A stretch of 64,000 nt of DNA from Lingula anatina (lineage: Eukaryota; Animalia; Brachiopoda). The stretch's first letter is position 1. Each line of letters starts with the position of its first letter. Under the pieces are notes generated by a model. The model did no database searches and had not been told where the DNA came from. It was given only the letters and a program-made list of their open reading frames with translations. Location: contig CM120640.1 of the NCBI GenBank assembly GCA_051362555.1, positions 65,884,788 through 65,948,787 of the forward strand. Direction: 5' to 3'. Below are positions 1-23,600 of this stretch, one piece after another. A program made the position numbers and the translations under genes.

Positions 1-348
1 AAACATTATTTTGAAAGTCTAACAGTAATTGCAAATATTTAGCCAATGGGACTTTATTTTAAAAAGTGCTTTCCCGTTTTTATGTACTGACGCTAAAACT
101 TTATTAAGTGTATTGAAGGGAGATGTTTTCCTGACGCTGTCACTTCGAAGCACATTTGTACTTGTTTGAAGGGTGGCTGTGGGGGGAGGGCTGAAAGAGA
201 AAAGATGGAATAAATACCTTTGTTTTTTATCATTGGTGAATTAATTTAAATCTTTAAACATTATTTTGAAAGTCTAACAGTAATTGCAAATATTTAGCCA
301 ATGGGACTTTATTTTAAAAAGTGCTTTCCCGTTTTTATGTACTGACGC
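1..348. repeat. Direct repeat, 93 bp visible (1-93 and 256-348), period 255 bp
   Basis: Identical 'aaacattattttgaaagtc...atgtactgacgc' at both positions; the first copy may extend beyond the window edge. Confidence 0.9.
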
Positions 349-1172
349 AGAGAAGTGTCTGTACACATTGCCATCACTACCCTCCATCTATCGATGTCAC
401 CTGAGATGAGGGCAGGGGATCGGAATCCATTCACATTTCTTGTTCCCACAACAGGGAAGCAATATTATCATTTTGCTTCAAACTCATTTTTAGTGGCCAT
501 ATTGTGCCTTAATTACTGGTAGAATGCAGGCAAAGTTTTTAAATGGACATGAACTGATTCTTCCTTTCATTTTAAAATAGTTTTAAAAAATTTGCCTTTG
601 TGAACACTGTATCATCGAAATGATGAATCTGTTTCAGGTAAAACCTGCTTGGGTTAATTGTTAGGCTAAATTCAGGTCAAGTTAAAAATTGGTCATGACC
701 GTCCAATTACTGTATAGTTCCGATTAAAAAATCTTTTCCTACAAACATCATGTTCTTAGTTACATGCAATATACAGATTTAGAACATATTTAAATGTGTT
801 GTATGCATATTTGTAAGCCAGCATTGGTTTGCATGTTAAAAGATGCACACACTGGATGTGTTCAGATAAAAGTTATCAGTCCAACAGAATTGATGTATCT
901 CAGCAGGGATTTTCACTAATTAAGGCACAGTCAATGCAATCACCTCAATTATCTGGAATGTCCCCTTGTAACTTAAAATACGTGGGTAAGGTCAAGAAAA
1001 CATTGTGTTCTATGATGTTGTTCATGTTGTTTTGCGAGAGGGCGTGCCGGACAATTAAGCTGATTACATTGACTGAGCCTCAGCAAGAATCCCCACTGAG
1101 ATAGATCAATCCTGCTGGACTGATAACTTTAAATCTGAACACAGCCATACACATACAGAATTTGTCTTTCAG

Positions 1173-12079
<10,907 letters not shown>

Positions 12080-13577
12080 ACATAGGCAGACTTGGGCAGT
12101 ACCATTGAATATTATTAGAGTTTACATAGATGAACTCAGGCACTACCACTGAGTATGATAGAGTTCACAACCACAGCATAGACATAGACTTGGACAGTTC
12201 CACTGAAAATTATAAGAGTTTACAACCTTAGCATAGACATGGATGAACTCAGGCACTACCACTGAACATGATTAGAGTTTACAACCACAGCATAGACATA
12301 GAAAGAATCAGGCACATATAATATAAGTGTTGTTGTTAGAGAGAATATTTAAGACCTTCATACATCGATTGTATGTGAAAAAAAAATTGAAAAGGAGCAA
12401 TGGGTACATGAAGAAACCTTGCCTCTTTTTGTATATTCGATTAGTCATGTAATACACAATTTTATGATTAACAGAGGAATTTTGTTAATTAAATGTTGTA
12501 ATGTTTTCTAACACTATTTACATTGATAGTTGAAAATTATGTAAATACAGTGTACAAGTGTTAATGTTTATGATTAAAATACAAAAACACCTGTCCTTTT
12601 AACATACAAGTGGCTTAGGACAATGCAACACTTTTATTATTTGTTGAAATACGTAGGTTTATAACAATGATGAAAAAGTAATGCCTCATAGTCCTAGCTT
12701 AAAAACATTTTGTTTTATTGATAGAAAACACATTTAGTCTCTTTAAAACCAATTTACTTTTTTGCCAATTTTATTATTATTGTTATATGTATATATTAAA
12801 TTTTAATGGTAAGTGTAAGTACAGATGCTTTTTGGATGTTGTGCTGTTATAAATGGGATGAAAGCTAACTGTCCTGAACAAAACGCTCATTTTTTTCTTA
12901 CAATAGTAAATTTTGTTGATGTATTAGATGATCTTTAACCAAGGACAAAATTTAATATGTACATGTGTGTGCATGTGTTGATTAAACACTGAATAGAAAC
13001 CTGTTAATATTTTTTTAATATTAACCATTTAGCTTGTATAAAATGTTTTGTATATAAAATTCATTCATTAATTCAGTGTTTTGTCTCTTCTGTTATATCG
13101 TATGTTATTTTCCTATTCCAACTGAGCAAAATAACAGATAGCTTACCAATGAAAGAACGATGTCAAATATCACCCCAACCCACTTCCACCCCAGAGAAAA
13201 GGGAAAAATTATCTAAGAAATTATCTAGGAAAAATATCTCTGTCATCTTATTTCTATTCAAATTGATTGATCTACTACATCTTCACTTAAAATCTTTCTT
13301 CATTCCGACCGGTGTCATCAGTGGCGGATTTAGAGGGGGGGAGGAGGGGTCAGATGGGTCCTGACCCCCCCCCCCCCCCCCCTTCGGTTTCTGAAAAATA
13401 TATCGCACCTCTTGAAATTAGAATTTTGACTCATTAAAAGTTTAGTTCTAAACCGTACAAAAGGACACTGTTTGCTCTCCAAAAGACCAAAAAAAATTTT
13501 CGGAGTCCTTCAGCAGGGCCTCAACCCCACACCAAGGGGGCTATGGTCGGCTTCGCATCAGAGCCCCCCGTCCCCTC

Positions 13578-13842
13578 CATGGCCGTAGCCTGAGCAAAAT
13601 GCCAGGGGGGGGCAGTAAGCGGACACGAGGGGGCAAAGCCCCCTGAGTGGGGAGGTTGTGGGAGGGGGTGTCCCACGGTGTGGAAAAATTTTAAAAACTG
13701 TATGTATAATACTGCATTCTGGTGCATTTTAACTGTTATTTATTGCTCAATCAGAAGTCAGAAATTGCGATTATTTTTTTTGCACCTCAAATCCCAGGGG
13801 GGGGGGCAGCTGCCCCCCCTGCCCCCGGAGGCTACGGCCCTG
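13578..13842. mobile_element. Nested MITE with 5-bp TSD (ccctc)
   Basis: TIRs CATGGCCGTAGCC...GGCTACGGCCCTG; ccctc on both sides; same terminus type as 63001-63168. Confidence 0.8.
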
Positions 13843-13887
13843 CCCTCCCCCCCATTCAAATAATCCTGAATCAGCCCCTGGTAACGT

Positions 13888-14485
13888 ATGTATCATGTGA
13901 ATATTTTTTACAAATCGTTTGAAGACAATTCCTTGGCTCAACAGAAGTTTGAGACAGCTAACAGTTATTAAAAACATAGGTAGCGTATGTATCGATGGAT
14001 ATCAAAATCGGTATGACAATGTAACAAAGGGGAATGTGCAACGTAGAAACAAACGTGCCCGCATGCATGACGCCGCACGCACTCACCTATTTGCGCCGAC
14101 GGACAACTAACAACGTAAACAACAACAACAATCTACACGCAATTTGGTAACGTTTGTATCGATACATACATAGACTCTACATTACCGATACATTGTTGTT
14201 GTTTACGTTGTTTGTTGTCCGTCGGCGCAACTATGTGAATGCGTGAGACGGCATACATGCACCCACGTTTGTTTTGACGTCGGAAATTCCTCTTTGTTAG
14301 ATTGTCATACAGAGTTTATTATCCATTGATACATACATTACCTTTGTTTTTAAGAACTGTTAGCTGCTTCCAACTTCTGATGAGTCAACACCTATTTTTT
14401 ACTGTATATTAGGTTACAATATAAAACGGAACAAAAGAGGGAAGTTGTCTTCAAACTGTTTGTAAAAATTAGCCACATGATACAT
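13888..14485. repeat. Long imperfect inverted repeat (foldback), arms about 245 bp, loop about 59 nt
   Basis: 13888-14132 pairs with 14192-14485. The core of about 190 bp is ungapped at about 83% identity by manual count; the right arm has about 50 extra nt. Confidence 0.9.
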
Positions 14486-14554
14486 GAAATTAGAATTTTG
14501 ACTAGCTGAATCATAGTTCTTAATCGTACCAAAATGGCACCGTTCAGCGGACCT

Positions 14555-14585
<31 letters not shown>

Positions 14586-15813
14586 AACACTAATCCTGGA
14601 TCCGCCCCTGTGTCATGGTCTCAGACCGTCGTGGATTGAACTATAAAATCAATTGTAGGCCTATAGCTTATTGGAGAATGTCTAAAATTTTAATTGTAAC
14701 ATATGGGAATAATCAATCAATTGAATATCAATACAGCAAAGATCAAATTTGATTTAAAGAAGTTGTTTTGCCGCGATCGTTATTACAAGGTTGTGCCTTG
14801 ACCGTCTTCGTTTATATTCCATAAAACTATACTTTGTATGTATTAATGTCATTATCAAATCTTTTACAACAAAAAGAATAAGTAATAAAATTGGAAATAA
14901 AATGCTGTTCCTTCAATGCAGTATTATTTTTCACAGGCCCCATAGAACAGTGTAAGTACAACGGTCCGATCACAGAACACTCTACTCACAACCACCCAGG
15001 CATTTATATTCAGGAGAGTAAATAATATTTTAATATATAAGTTTTGTACAAGAGGTCGGTAAAAATCACCTTCAACGTTTGCTTTCGGTCACGCAGTCTA
15101 TCTCAGATTGATATCAAGAAGACTGTCGGCCAGGTGATATATAATATAAAAGTCCAAGAATGTTGCGTAAGATTTCTACAGTAGTTTACCTCTTAAAAGA
15201 GTTTCTAATATTTATATATTAATACCAAGCCGATAAACATCTTCGGTTTAATATCAAAATAATTGTTCTAAAGAATGAGAAATCAAAATATGATGGTAAG
15301 CTTGGTTTTTCAGCTAATGGTATACATAAACCACATATATACACTTTTTCCCTAAATATATTGCCGTTTTGGCGAAATCAACTACCTGCTTTCAACCCTC
15401 GCGATCTATAGCGCCATTGTCTTATTTAGAGCATAACTCGAATTCTGGTCATTTTTATCTACTTACCCCCAAAAAAATCCATCATAAAATCAATACTATC
15501 CGCTCTTGCAGAGTGACTCACAGAACGTGATGCCATATCGTACACTACCTGAGATAACCTCTAGTGGCAGATAACGTTGGACACGAGACAATATCAGCTC
15601 TTACCCTTAGGGCTACTTGTTGTTTCTTTTTTATTTCAATGTCGATCAAATTTGGTGTTAGACACATTTTAGAAAGAAGAAAATCTGGAAATTTACTTGT
15701 CACTTAGAGGTTGATAAAATGGAAGATCACGATGAAAGACGTGAGTTTATGTGAATGTGTAAAAAAATAAAAATAAATAAATAAATAAATAAACAATATA
15801 TGAGTGGAATTTA

Positions 15814-16029
15814 ACGCCCCATTTCCATACATTAGATCGACCTACTTTAGATCGACCTAACTCCCTGGGGGTTCACGCTAAATAGCTGTCAGCCGGGCGG
15901 ACACGAAAGTTAATTACCCCCTTATAGCTTGTAGTAGGCGGGACGGACATTTAAGTCGGATTGTCTGAAAGTAATCTAGTGAGACTCCCCGCGGGGATAG
16001 ATCGATCTAAAATCTATGGGAATAGAGCC
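15814..16029. mobile_element. PIF/Harbinger-like MITE
   Basis: Imperfect TIRs 'gccccatttccatacattagatcgacc' / 'gatcgatctaaaatctatgggaatagagcc', flanked by tta/taa. Confidence 0.55.
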
Positions 16030-16083
16030 TAAGTGTCACCTCGCTTTGTTTTAAAGGTAGTCTCACCTATCTTCTTATAGCCG

Positions 16084-16121
16084 TGTGTGTGTGTGTGTGA
16101 GTTTGTGTGTGTGTGTGTGTG
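16084..16121. repeat. (GT)n microsatellite, interrupted
   Basis: Directly visible. Confidence 0.9.
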
Positions 16122-19100
16122 TTAACTTCATGCTGTTAAAAAATTTAGATTACAACTTGAGTACTGCTCGTTTCATACAAATCCCCCAACACGAGAATGG
16201 AGGTCTCTTCTCTTCTCTTGGAAAAAGACCCATTGTGATAATAAAAACTTGATGCTATCTAAGGAAATCCAGAGTATAAAAAATTGGCTTTTATTCGTCG
16301 TTGCTACACCAAGGATGACAAGAAAACATCATTATATATAATTACCACACCCAATGTTGAACCTTGCTGAAAGTCGAGGTATTCATTTGACTCCACCTGA
16401 AAAGGCACATTTCACCACAAATAGCACCTTAATAGTGGGTGAGGGATTGAGACGATTAGCCAAAGAATTATCCTTAGATTGAGGTAAGAACTGGGATTTT
16501 GCAAGATCATGACCAAAATATTTCGTCTTGTTGCTCACTGTGCCATCTGAATACCTTAATTTTTAATAAGATTTTTAAATATAAAAATTAACCGAAGAGA
16601 GTTGAGAGTGAACCAGCAGAAGCATGATACTGAGTGTGGCTTCCAGGAAGTCATGCAATTTTTCTTATCAGAAAATTATCCTTACGACTTGGTCTTGCAA
16701 CAACCACTTCGGTACACGTGCACCTGCTACGTACGATTATGGAACAGAAGCGCGCAGCGCTTTTTTTTTTTTCTTTTTATAAACCCAGCGTCCTTTACAT
16801 AGTGAAGATCGTCTAGGAGTGGAGTATTCTAATCACACATGTGCCCTGACTCAGTTTAACTATCATCGCCGACTAATTCACCAAGTCATCGGCTTCTACT
16901 CCGATGATTGATATTTTCTGCAGATGAGATAACACGCCGATATTATTTCAATCGTGATTTCAAGAAGATGATTCAGTTCTTCGCCGTGACAAGAGCCGTT
17001 GATAAATCATATCGATCTCAGGATGTATACAGCATCGGCTATTGGAGGGTTAGACCGAATGCTAACAATCAATAAATCTTGTGTCAAGGCTGGTCAAAGC
17101 ACTGAGAGCTGATGCTGACTTACCTCTGTCCAGCACGGCACACAATGCCGGTTAACCACTCTCTACCAGCATTTTTTTTCAAAATTCTCACGGTTCACAT
17201 GTGTGCACAGAGTCAGGGGCAGAGAGATAACTGTAGATATACTGTGTATATCTAGTGAAAAAATTATGCTGTGGCCCTGGAAGATGGTACCTGTTAATTC
17301 AGCTAGTGGAGAGGGTGTTGGTAAGCTGGTGGAAGGCCCACGGGTGTGGTTGTAGTAGACTATAATTCTGGGTGAAAGTTATTATATTACTACCAGGATC
17401 ACGATTCTAACATCGTCGCAGGCTATTGGTGGGTGAGGGGTGGGGCTTACAGACCTTGAACATTTGACCATTGAAGATTGTCTATAGAGCATGGGAGATT
17501 TGATTTGAACTTGTTTACAACACGTGGATAATGACATCGCTTCCAGTGAAGACTTCAAAACAGTTGCCTTCACATTGGTATGAATGGGATTGGAGCTGCG
17601 GTGGCTTATTGACTGTTGATTGGCATATATAATGGAGATTGGCTGATGACAATCTACACAAGAGATTTGAAGAATCTCGGCAAAAGCTACCAACAAGGCG
17701 TGGGGAATACCTTTAACAAAAACCGTTTACAACCGTTTGCTACTAACAGGGGGCCTACAATTCAAGTTAAAGGGTAAAATCAGAAAAACAAAACATTTTT
17801 TTGACGACAAAATATATACCTTGCTCGTCATCATGTAACTTGAATTCAATATCACATACAAGCAGGCCCTCTCATTTTCCATCACTCTTTGTAACTCAGG
17901 GGCAGTTCCCTATATTTCTAATATTTTCTTTTTTCTTCTAAGAGACACATTTGATAACTTAAAATTGATACCGCCCCGAGACTGGGGTTTTTTAGGGGAA
18001 ATTAAGGAAAACGTTACGCTTACATTTGACGTTCTCGTTCCCAAAAATCGTTAAACTTGACACATTAAAAATGAGCTTAGCTGTGAAAAGTGTCACGAAA
18101 GAGATACATCCTGAAATAAAATTACCCCCTCAAACAAGCTTTGAAGATAACATATTTTACCATCGTGAAACGCATACTAAATGTGACGTATAAAAAGTCG
18201 CTCGCACAACGTACGAAACATCTTTCAAAAATGAACACAGGCCCATCTTTAAAAATTAAAGTAATAATCCAAATGTCATTGAATATGTTTACTATAATGA
18301 GTGAAAAGGTCTCTTTGTAAGTAGAAAATGTACACAACCACACTCCATGACACCTGTACCCCGAGTAGAGCACACCCCTGCTTCCTTCTGCCACCGCTGT
18401 TGCTGAGAAATGTATTGGTAAACCAAGAACACACCCCAGTTCTTAGCAGAAAAGGTAAAAACCAAACAGTCATTCCCATTGTTCTATCGCACTGCGTGTT
18501 GTTTACGTCCATTTACGTTTGTTAGAAAATAGCCCATTCATTTAATGTATATTAAGATGTGCTGTTCGTGTTTATGTATCGTGACTTTTCTACAACAAGG
18601 TCGTCAGGGCAAGACGTAACACCCAATGCTTAGGTTAACCCTGAGCGTATCTCCTGAAGTAAAGACTACTAAAGTCACGAAGGGAGTTAAAATATGCCCT
18701 TATCATGACCTGCAGTGCTTCCCCATGACAATAAATCATTTTAATTGTTCACGGATTGAGACGAACACTGTCACGCTCGTTAAAAACATACATTTTATTC
18801 AGTTAAGTACAAGAGGCTTAAAGACAAAACCGGGGCACCGAACATAATATTCACAATCGGAAAATTGCTTCTATTTGTAGATTTGCCCCCCCCCACGTTT
18901 TCTTTTTTTTCACAAAACATCATAAGCCTACATATAAATAATTTTTCTAATCATAGGCAACTTCATAAGATTTTTATTTCTTAATTCCGTTTATAACCTT
19001 TTGAAATAATGTTGTCAGAAGTTGATGTTTAATATCAAAATTTATTCTCATCATTGGAGTCTGAATGACACAGTAACAATAATAAATACCTTGACGGAGT

Positions 19101-20239
19101 CTCCTCCGTGACGTTTTTCCATAGCAGCACGTTTTACCTTTGCTTCTTGGTATAAACTATTTGATTTTGTGCCACTGTATGATAAGAAAGATATACGATT
19201 TTACGTTTGTTGTGTTTGTACAGGCCCTTCAGTTCAGTGACCCACCTGCAGCATCGTGCTGATGTCTGACTCAACTACACGATCATACGTCTTGTTTACA
19301 AATCGAATGACAAACATTTCTTTATCAACAAACTGCGCAGCTAATAACTGTAGGCAGCAATTTATAACCTTACATCATTGTTCATGGTTGGTTCCCTGAA
19401 CAGTCGGACATATACGCTGTTGGTTCCAGTAATCGTAAGGCAAGCCTCCTATATTCTGAATGATGCATTTTAACCACAATACACACTCTTAAACAATTTA
19501 GTGTCAGGCTTCACCATTGTTTGATTACCTCTCTCAGCGAAGCGTTTCATGACCTCCCGCCCAACCCTGGCGGTCCTTCAATGTGATTGTATCGCATCTA
19601 ATGGCGGTGTCAGGTGTCAGGTTTCCAGGGCAGGGGTGTCAATAAAACAGTTCTGATTCAACTAGTGCGTTTTTCTGTTAATACCAACCACTTTCATCCT
19701 TCCAGAAGACGGTAGAAGCCTTAATCAGAAGAAAAATGGGATATGTAGATTATATTTGCGCACAAGCGGTATGTAGGAGTTGGTAATGATGCTCAGGTCC
19801 CTGTGAAAGAGGTTCTAAAACTGGTGCAACGGCTTTGTGCCCTGGAATTTTGGACATATTATAAGCAACATCCTAATGTAAAGTGCAACGAGCTAAAGAA
19901 ACTTCGTGAGGACCCCTCATTCCATTACAAAAACTTAGCAGCGCAAAGAGAATTTCGCAATCAGTTTGACTGCTGGTTTGGTCACAGGTGTTCGTAATAT
20001 AGGTGTAAATAAAGTCATGTAGGTGTACGTGTTCACCCACGCGCTTTAGTCACCACCCAAACTAATGTGTCGCGGCGATTGCTTCATTCGCGTCTAGGGT
20101 ATTGAAATATGTCAACATTGAAATCTCTCGTTTCTCATCGACAACCTAGTTATCCAATACTTGGCACTACATAAATAGCTGCGGGAAGGTTCATGCGTGC
20201 ACGACACGTTGTCAGCTGATCTGGTTAAAGCAGGTCTCT

Positions 20240-20290
20240 GGGTTGAGTCACATCTCAAGGTGGCTCATCTTAGATATATAATTATCCCGT
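20240..20290 (+). promoter_or_regulatory. Putative midnolin core promoter (AP-1 site plus TATA-like box)
   Basis: TGAGTCA at 20244-20250 and TATATAAT at 20275-20282, about 365 nt upstream of the ATG, with no ATG in between; CpG-rich context. Confidence 0.45.
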
Positions 20291-20643
20291 CACGACGTTC
20301 GAAGAACACTCCATCGTGACATTTTACGGACATTCTGATACTGATCTATTACATTAACCCCAGAGCCACCAGGCGTTAAGAGACTTGGCGTTCTTTCTGG
20401 CTTCCCCTACACAGAGTAGACTCGTCTTTAAGCAGGCCTCTGATTGGCCGAGCTCCGTTCATTGTAAATCGACCTCGAGTGTTAACAACCTGGCTTGGCT
20501 TGCACAGCGCTGAGCGTACGGACGCGGTGGCATACACCCCAAACTGGAACCAGACCCCTGGACTACAACGAAAGGACACTCGCATCTCGAGGAGAAGACG
20601 ATCAGGGATCGGACTGCAGGCCACTAGTATAGACAGGACCAAA

Positions 20644-23600
20644 ATGGAGCGGGATATTGCTGGTCCTACTAGTTCTACGGAGTCACTTCTATGCTCCAAC
20701 GGGCAGAGCACCTCCACAAACTTGATTTCTATTCAGATCTGCCCTTCTACAGGTGGACAATTCGATCTCCAAGTAACGCAAGAGTTCACAGTGGACGACT
20801 TAAAAAGAGCAATAGGAAAAAAGCTTAAAGTTACAAGGGACAAAATCAGTATACTATTTCGAGAAAAGTAAGTAGTGAATCGTTTATTATGATTTGCGCG
20901 CCATACATAATAAGAATCGATTTAGTTTGCAAGATCATCTCACAGTCCACATCTCACAGTAAATGATTATCTTAACTTCTGTGATCTTTATTTCTTAGGA
21001 TTTTAAAAGATGGGACTTTACGGGAACACAGCGTGGTGGACGGAAGCCGGATCACTCTGTTACCGCACGTAGAGAGCGGACTCATGGTAAGCCCCAATAC
21101 TTTATGGCATCTTTCTCGTCCATTCAACTTTTTGTGACGTAGACATTTCCCATAATATCCACCCTGTACGTAGTTCTAGCTCAATTTATGTGCGCAAGGT
21201 GCCAGCGGAGAAATTTAACTGCGTCGCTGTGTGCAATGGTATTCTTTTACCCTAGCCCCAGTCCGTGACCCACTTAAGCTGAATAGCGATGATATGCGGA
21301 GTCCTTTAACAGAGCCACGACTCGTCCGCAGGAATGCACTGAAGCATTGCTAGACTGGAGATAAAATAAAGATAGATATGCCCAGAATCGGCGACTTATT
21401 TTGTGGCAACTCATGTTCAAAGCGCACAACCACATTCTACACAAGATAACCAGTAAAAATTATTCTCTCTTCAGCGAAAGTAACCCCCTTTGTGCGCAAA
21501 GTTCACGATGTCAAGTTCAAGTTTTTTTTTGTTTGTTTCAGAATCAACGTGCTGAACAAAGTGTTTTACAAGCTTTGGAGAATTTATCAGACGGACAGGT
21601 AAGTATAGTGTACACATGTGCTGCACGGAGCAAATGCTTAAAATGATGGCCGCCGAACGCCAGAATAAAAGGGTTTTGTTCCCGTCCCTTCACGCGCTTG
21701 ACTGCTTCTCCATGGGAAAGGGCTAGGGCAGTATTTATTTACATGAAAATTCTAAAGGCGGGCCCTTGCTGTGAAAGTTGTCGGGGTTTTCAGTTCTTGG
21801 AGCATTTGAAGACTTGAGAGATTACAGCTAGAATTTGCACCTTCGCCCAGATACCAGCTGTGCTAAATTAACTGACGCCATTGTATATTCAGGGGTTCCT
21901 TAGGGCTCCATTACTGGAGGGGATAATAGGAGGGGGCGGGCGGATATTCTAATGTTTTCACGTGCACGAGAATACAGTGATATGGCTCTAGTGGAGCATG
22001 GAGTAAAGATGACTTGACAGGCATCATTTTAACCCAATATCATTAGTTTCATCAAAAATGTCAATATCTAGGACTACAGTGCGCATCGATTATTTTCTTG
22101 GTAACCTTAGTAACGAATAAGAACGTGTCTGACTTGAAGAAACCGGAATAGTGGAAAGCGTATGATTCAGCGCAAATTTATCATTCTCGGTACGATGTAT
22201 GATTAAACATAAACCAAAATCAACAGCATTTTTAAATTGACCCATGATTCAAGAGTTCTACGTTGTCTTTCCTCATAAACTTCTCTCAAGTGTAAGCAGC
22301 ACATAGCCATTATAATGCCTCCTGTGGAATATAACCCGTGGAGCTGAGAGGAGGCGAGGTTTGACACCTGACGCGGTTGTCAGATGTCGAGGTCCGGCGA
22401 AATGCCTAATGCCAAAGCCAAACAATCGCTGACATATTGGTAGGATAGCTGCTAGCAGCCCAGCTGATACTGCAGCACTGGCTCTTATTAATGTCTGCCG
22501 TGCAATCTAGATAAAGATTTCCCTGTTTCTACAGCGGGGCGCTATTTTTGCCTGTCCTGTGTATACAACTGAAAGGATGTCGATAAGAAAACGTCTTCGA
22601 TAAAGATGATTTTCCCAACGTTTTCTTATTTTTACCCTTGTAATTGTTCAATAAATGAACCAAATCGCCTGGCCCGCCAGCACATAGTCTTCGATTCGGT
22701 TCCACTGTTGCGTGCGTGAACACCGCCCCCCTCCCCACCTACGCTCCCGCGTCACGCAGGGTTGGAATACCGCGGTTAAAATGAATAATGGCTCAAAAAC
22801 AAAAATGTGTAATTCTTTGGTTTAAGGGTAATGGGTGCACTCTTTCACATCGATGGAATATTAAAAATCTGACTTCTTAAAAACTTACGGATATTTGCTG
22901 TTTCGCCCATTTGAACGGGTACAAGGCCTGTCTACGGTTCCCTTTGAGAATTACAATATTATGCAGATAAGCATAACTAGATATGGTAAGGGTATTAAGC
23001 TCTGTGACTACTGTATAATTTGAATGTCACATTAAACCATCACGAGATGGCTGACCTTGCGTTAAACTGACCGTAACTAACATAATCACTCAGGCTCGCG
23101 TGATAGCCCCCTTTTCTCTCCGAGTCTGTAGTTTAAGCCAGCAAGTGGACTGGGAAATGTTAAACCACAGGATGCGGTAAATCAGGAGGAATGTCTGGCG
23201 GATATTTTTCCTCGTAAACGTCAAAACTGGGACAGGGAAGGCAGGCACTTGAATGAACATTATTATCTTGAGACTTCACACCGCGAGATCGTAGTTGTTT
23301 TTGTAAGGCCCCTTTAACGCATAGTGATATTACACCGTCCTAATTAGGTACTTTTGTTTCGTCTTCTTTCTTCTTATTTTGGAGGGGAGGGGGTTCGGTC
23401 TTGAGTGGGTGTTTCCAGTGTCCCGCTCTCTCAGTGGTGAGCCAGGCCGTGGGTGCTTTTATTACTTTAACTTTTGTTGATGAACACTGTAGAATAGCCG
23501 TCGTCTGCTTGCACTGAAAGGACTGACGTCAATCCAGCCTGGTAACAACAGACTACCGGCTCAAAAATCAATACACCTCACTGCAGTGGTAGGGATCGAA

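Larger units (their letters stand above)
13319..14610. mobile_element. Composite hAT-like non-autonomous element with 6-bp TSD (tgtcat)
   Basis: TIRs CAGTGGCGGATT...GGATCCGCCCCTG, flanked by tgtcat at 13313-13318 and 14611-14616; a second, internal right end finishes at 13880. Confidence 0.8.

Noticed and set aside
19803-19997. 64-aa protein-looking ORF upstream of midnolin
   Set aside because: GTG start, no recognisable motif or convincing splice context; lies in the promoter region.
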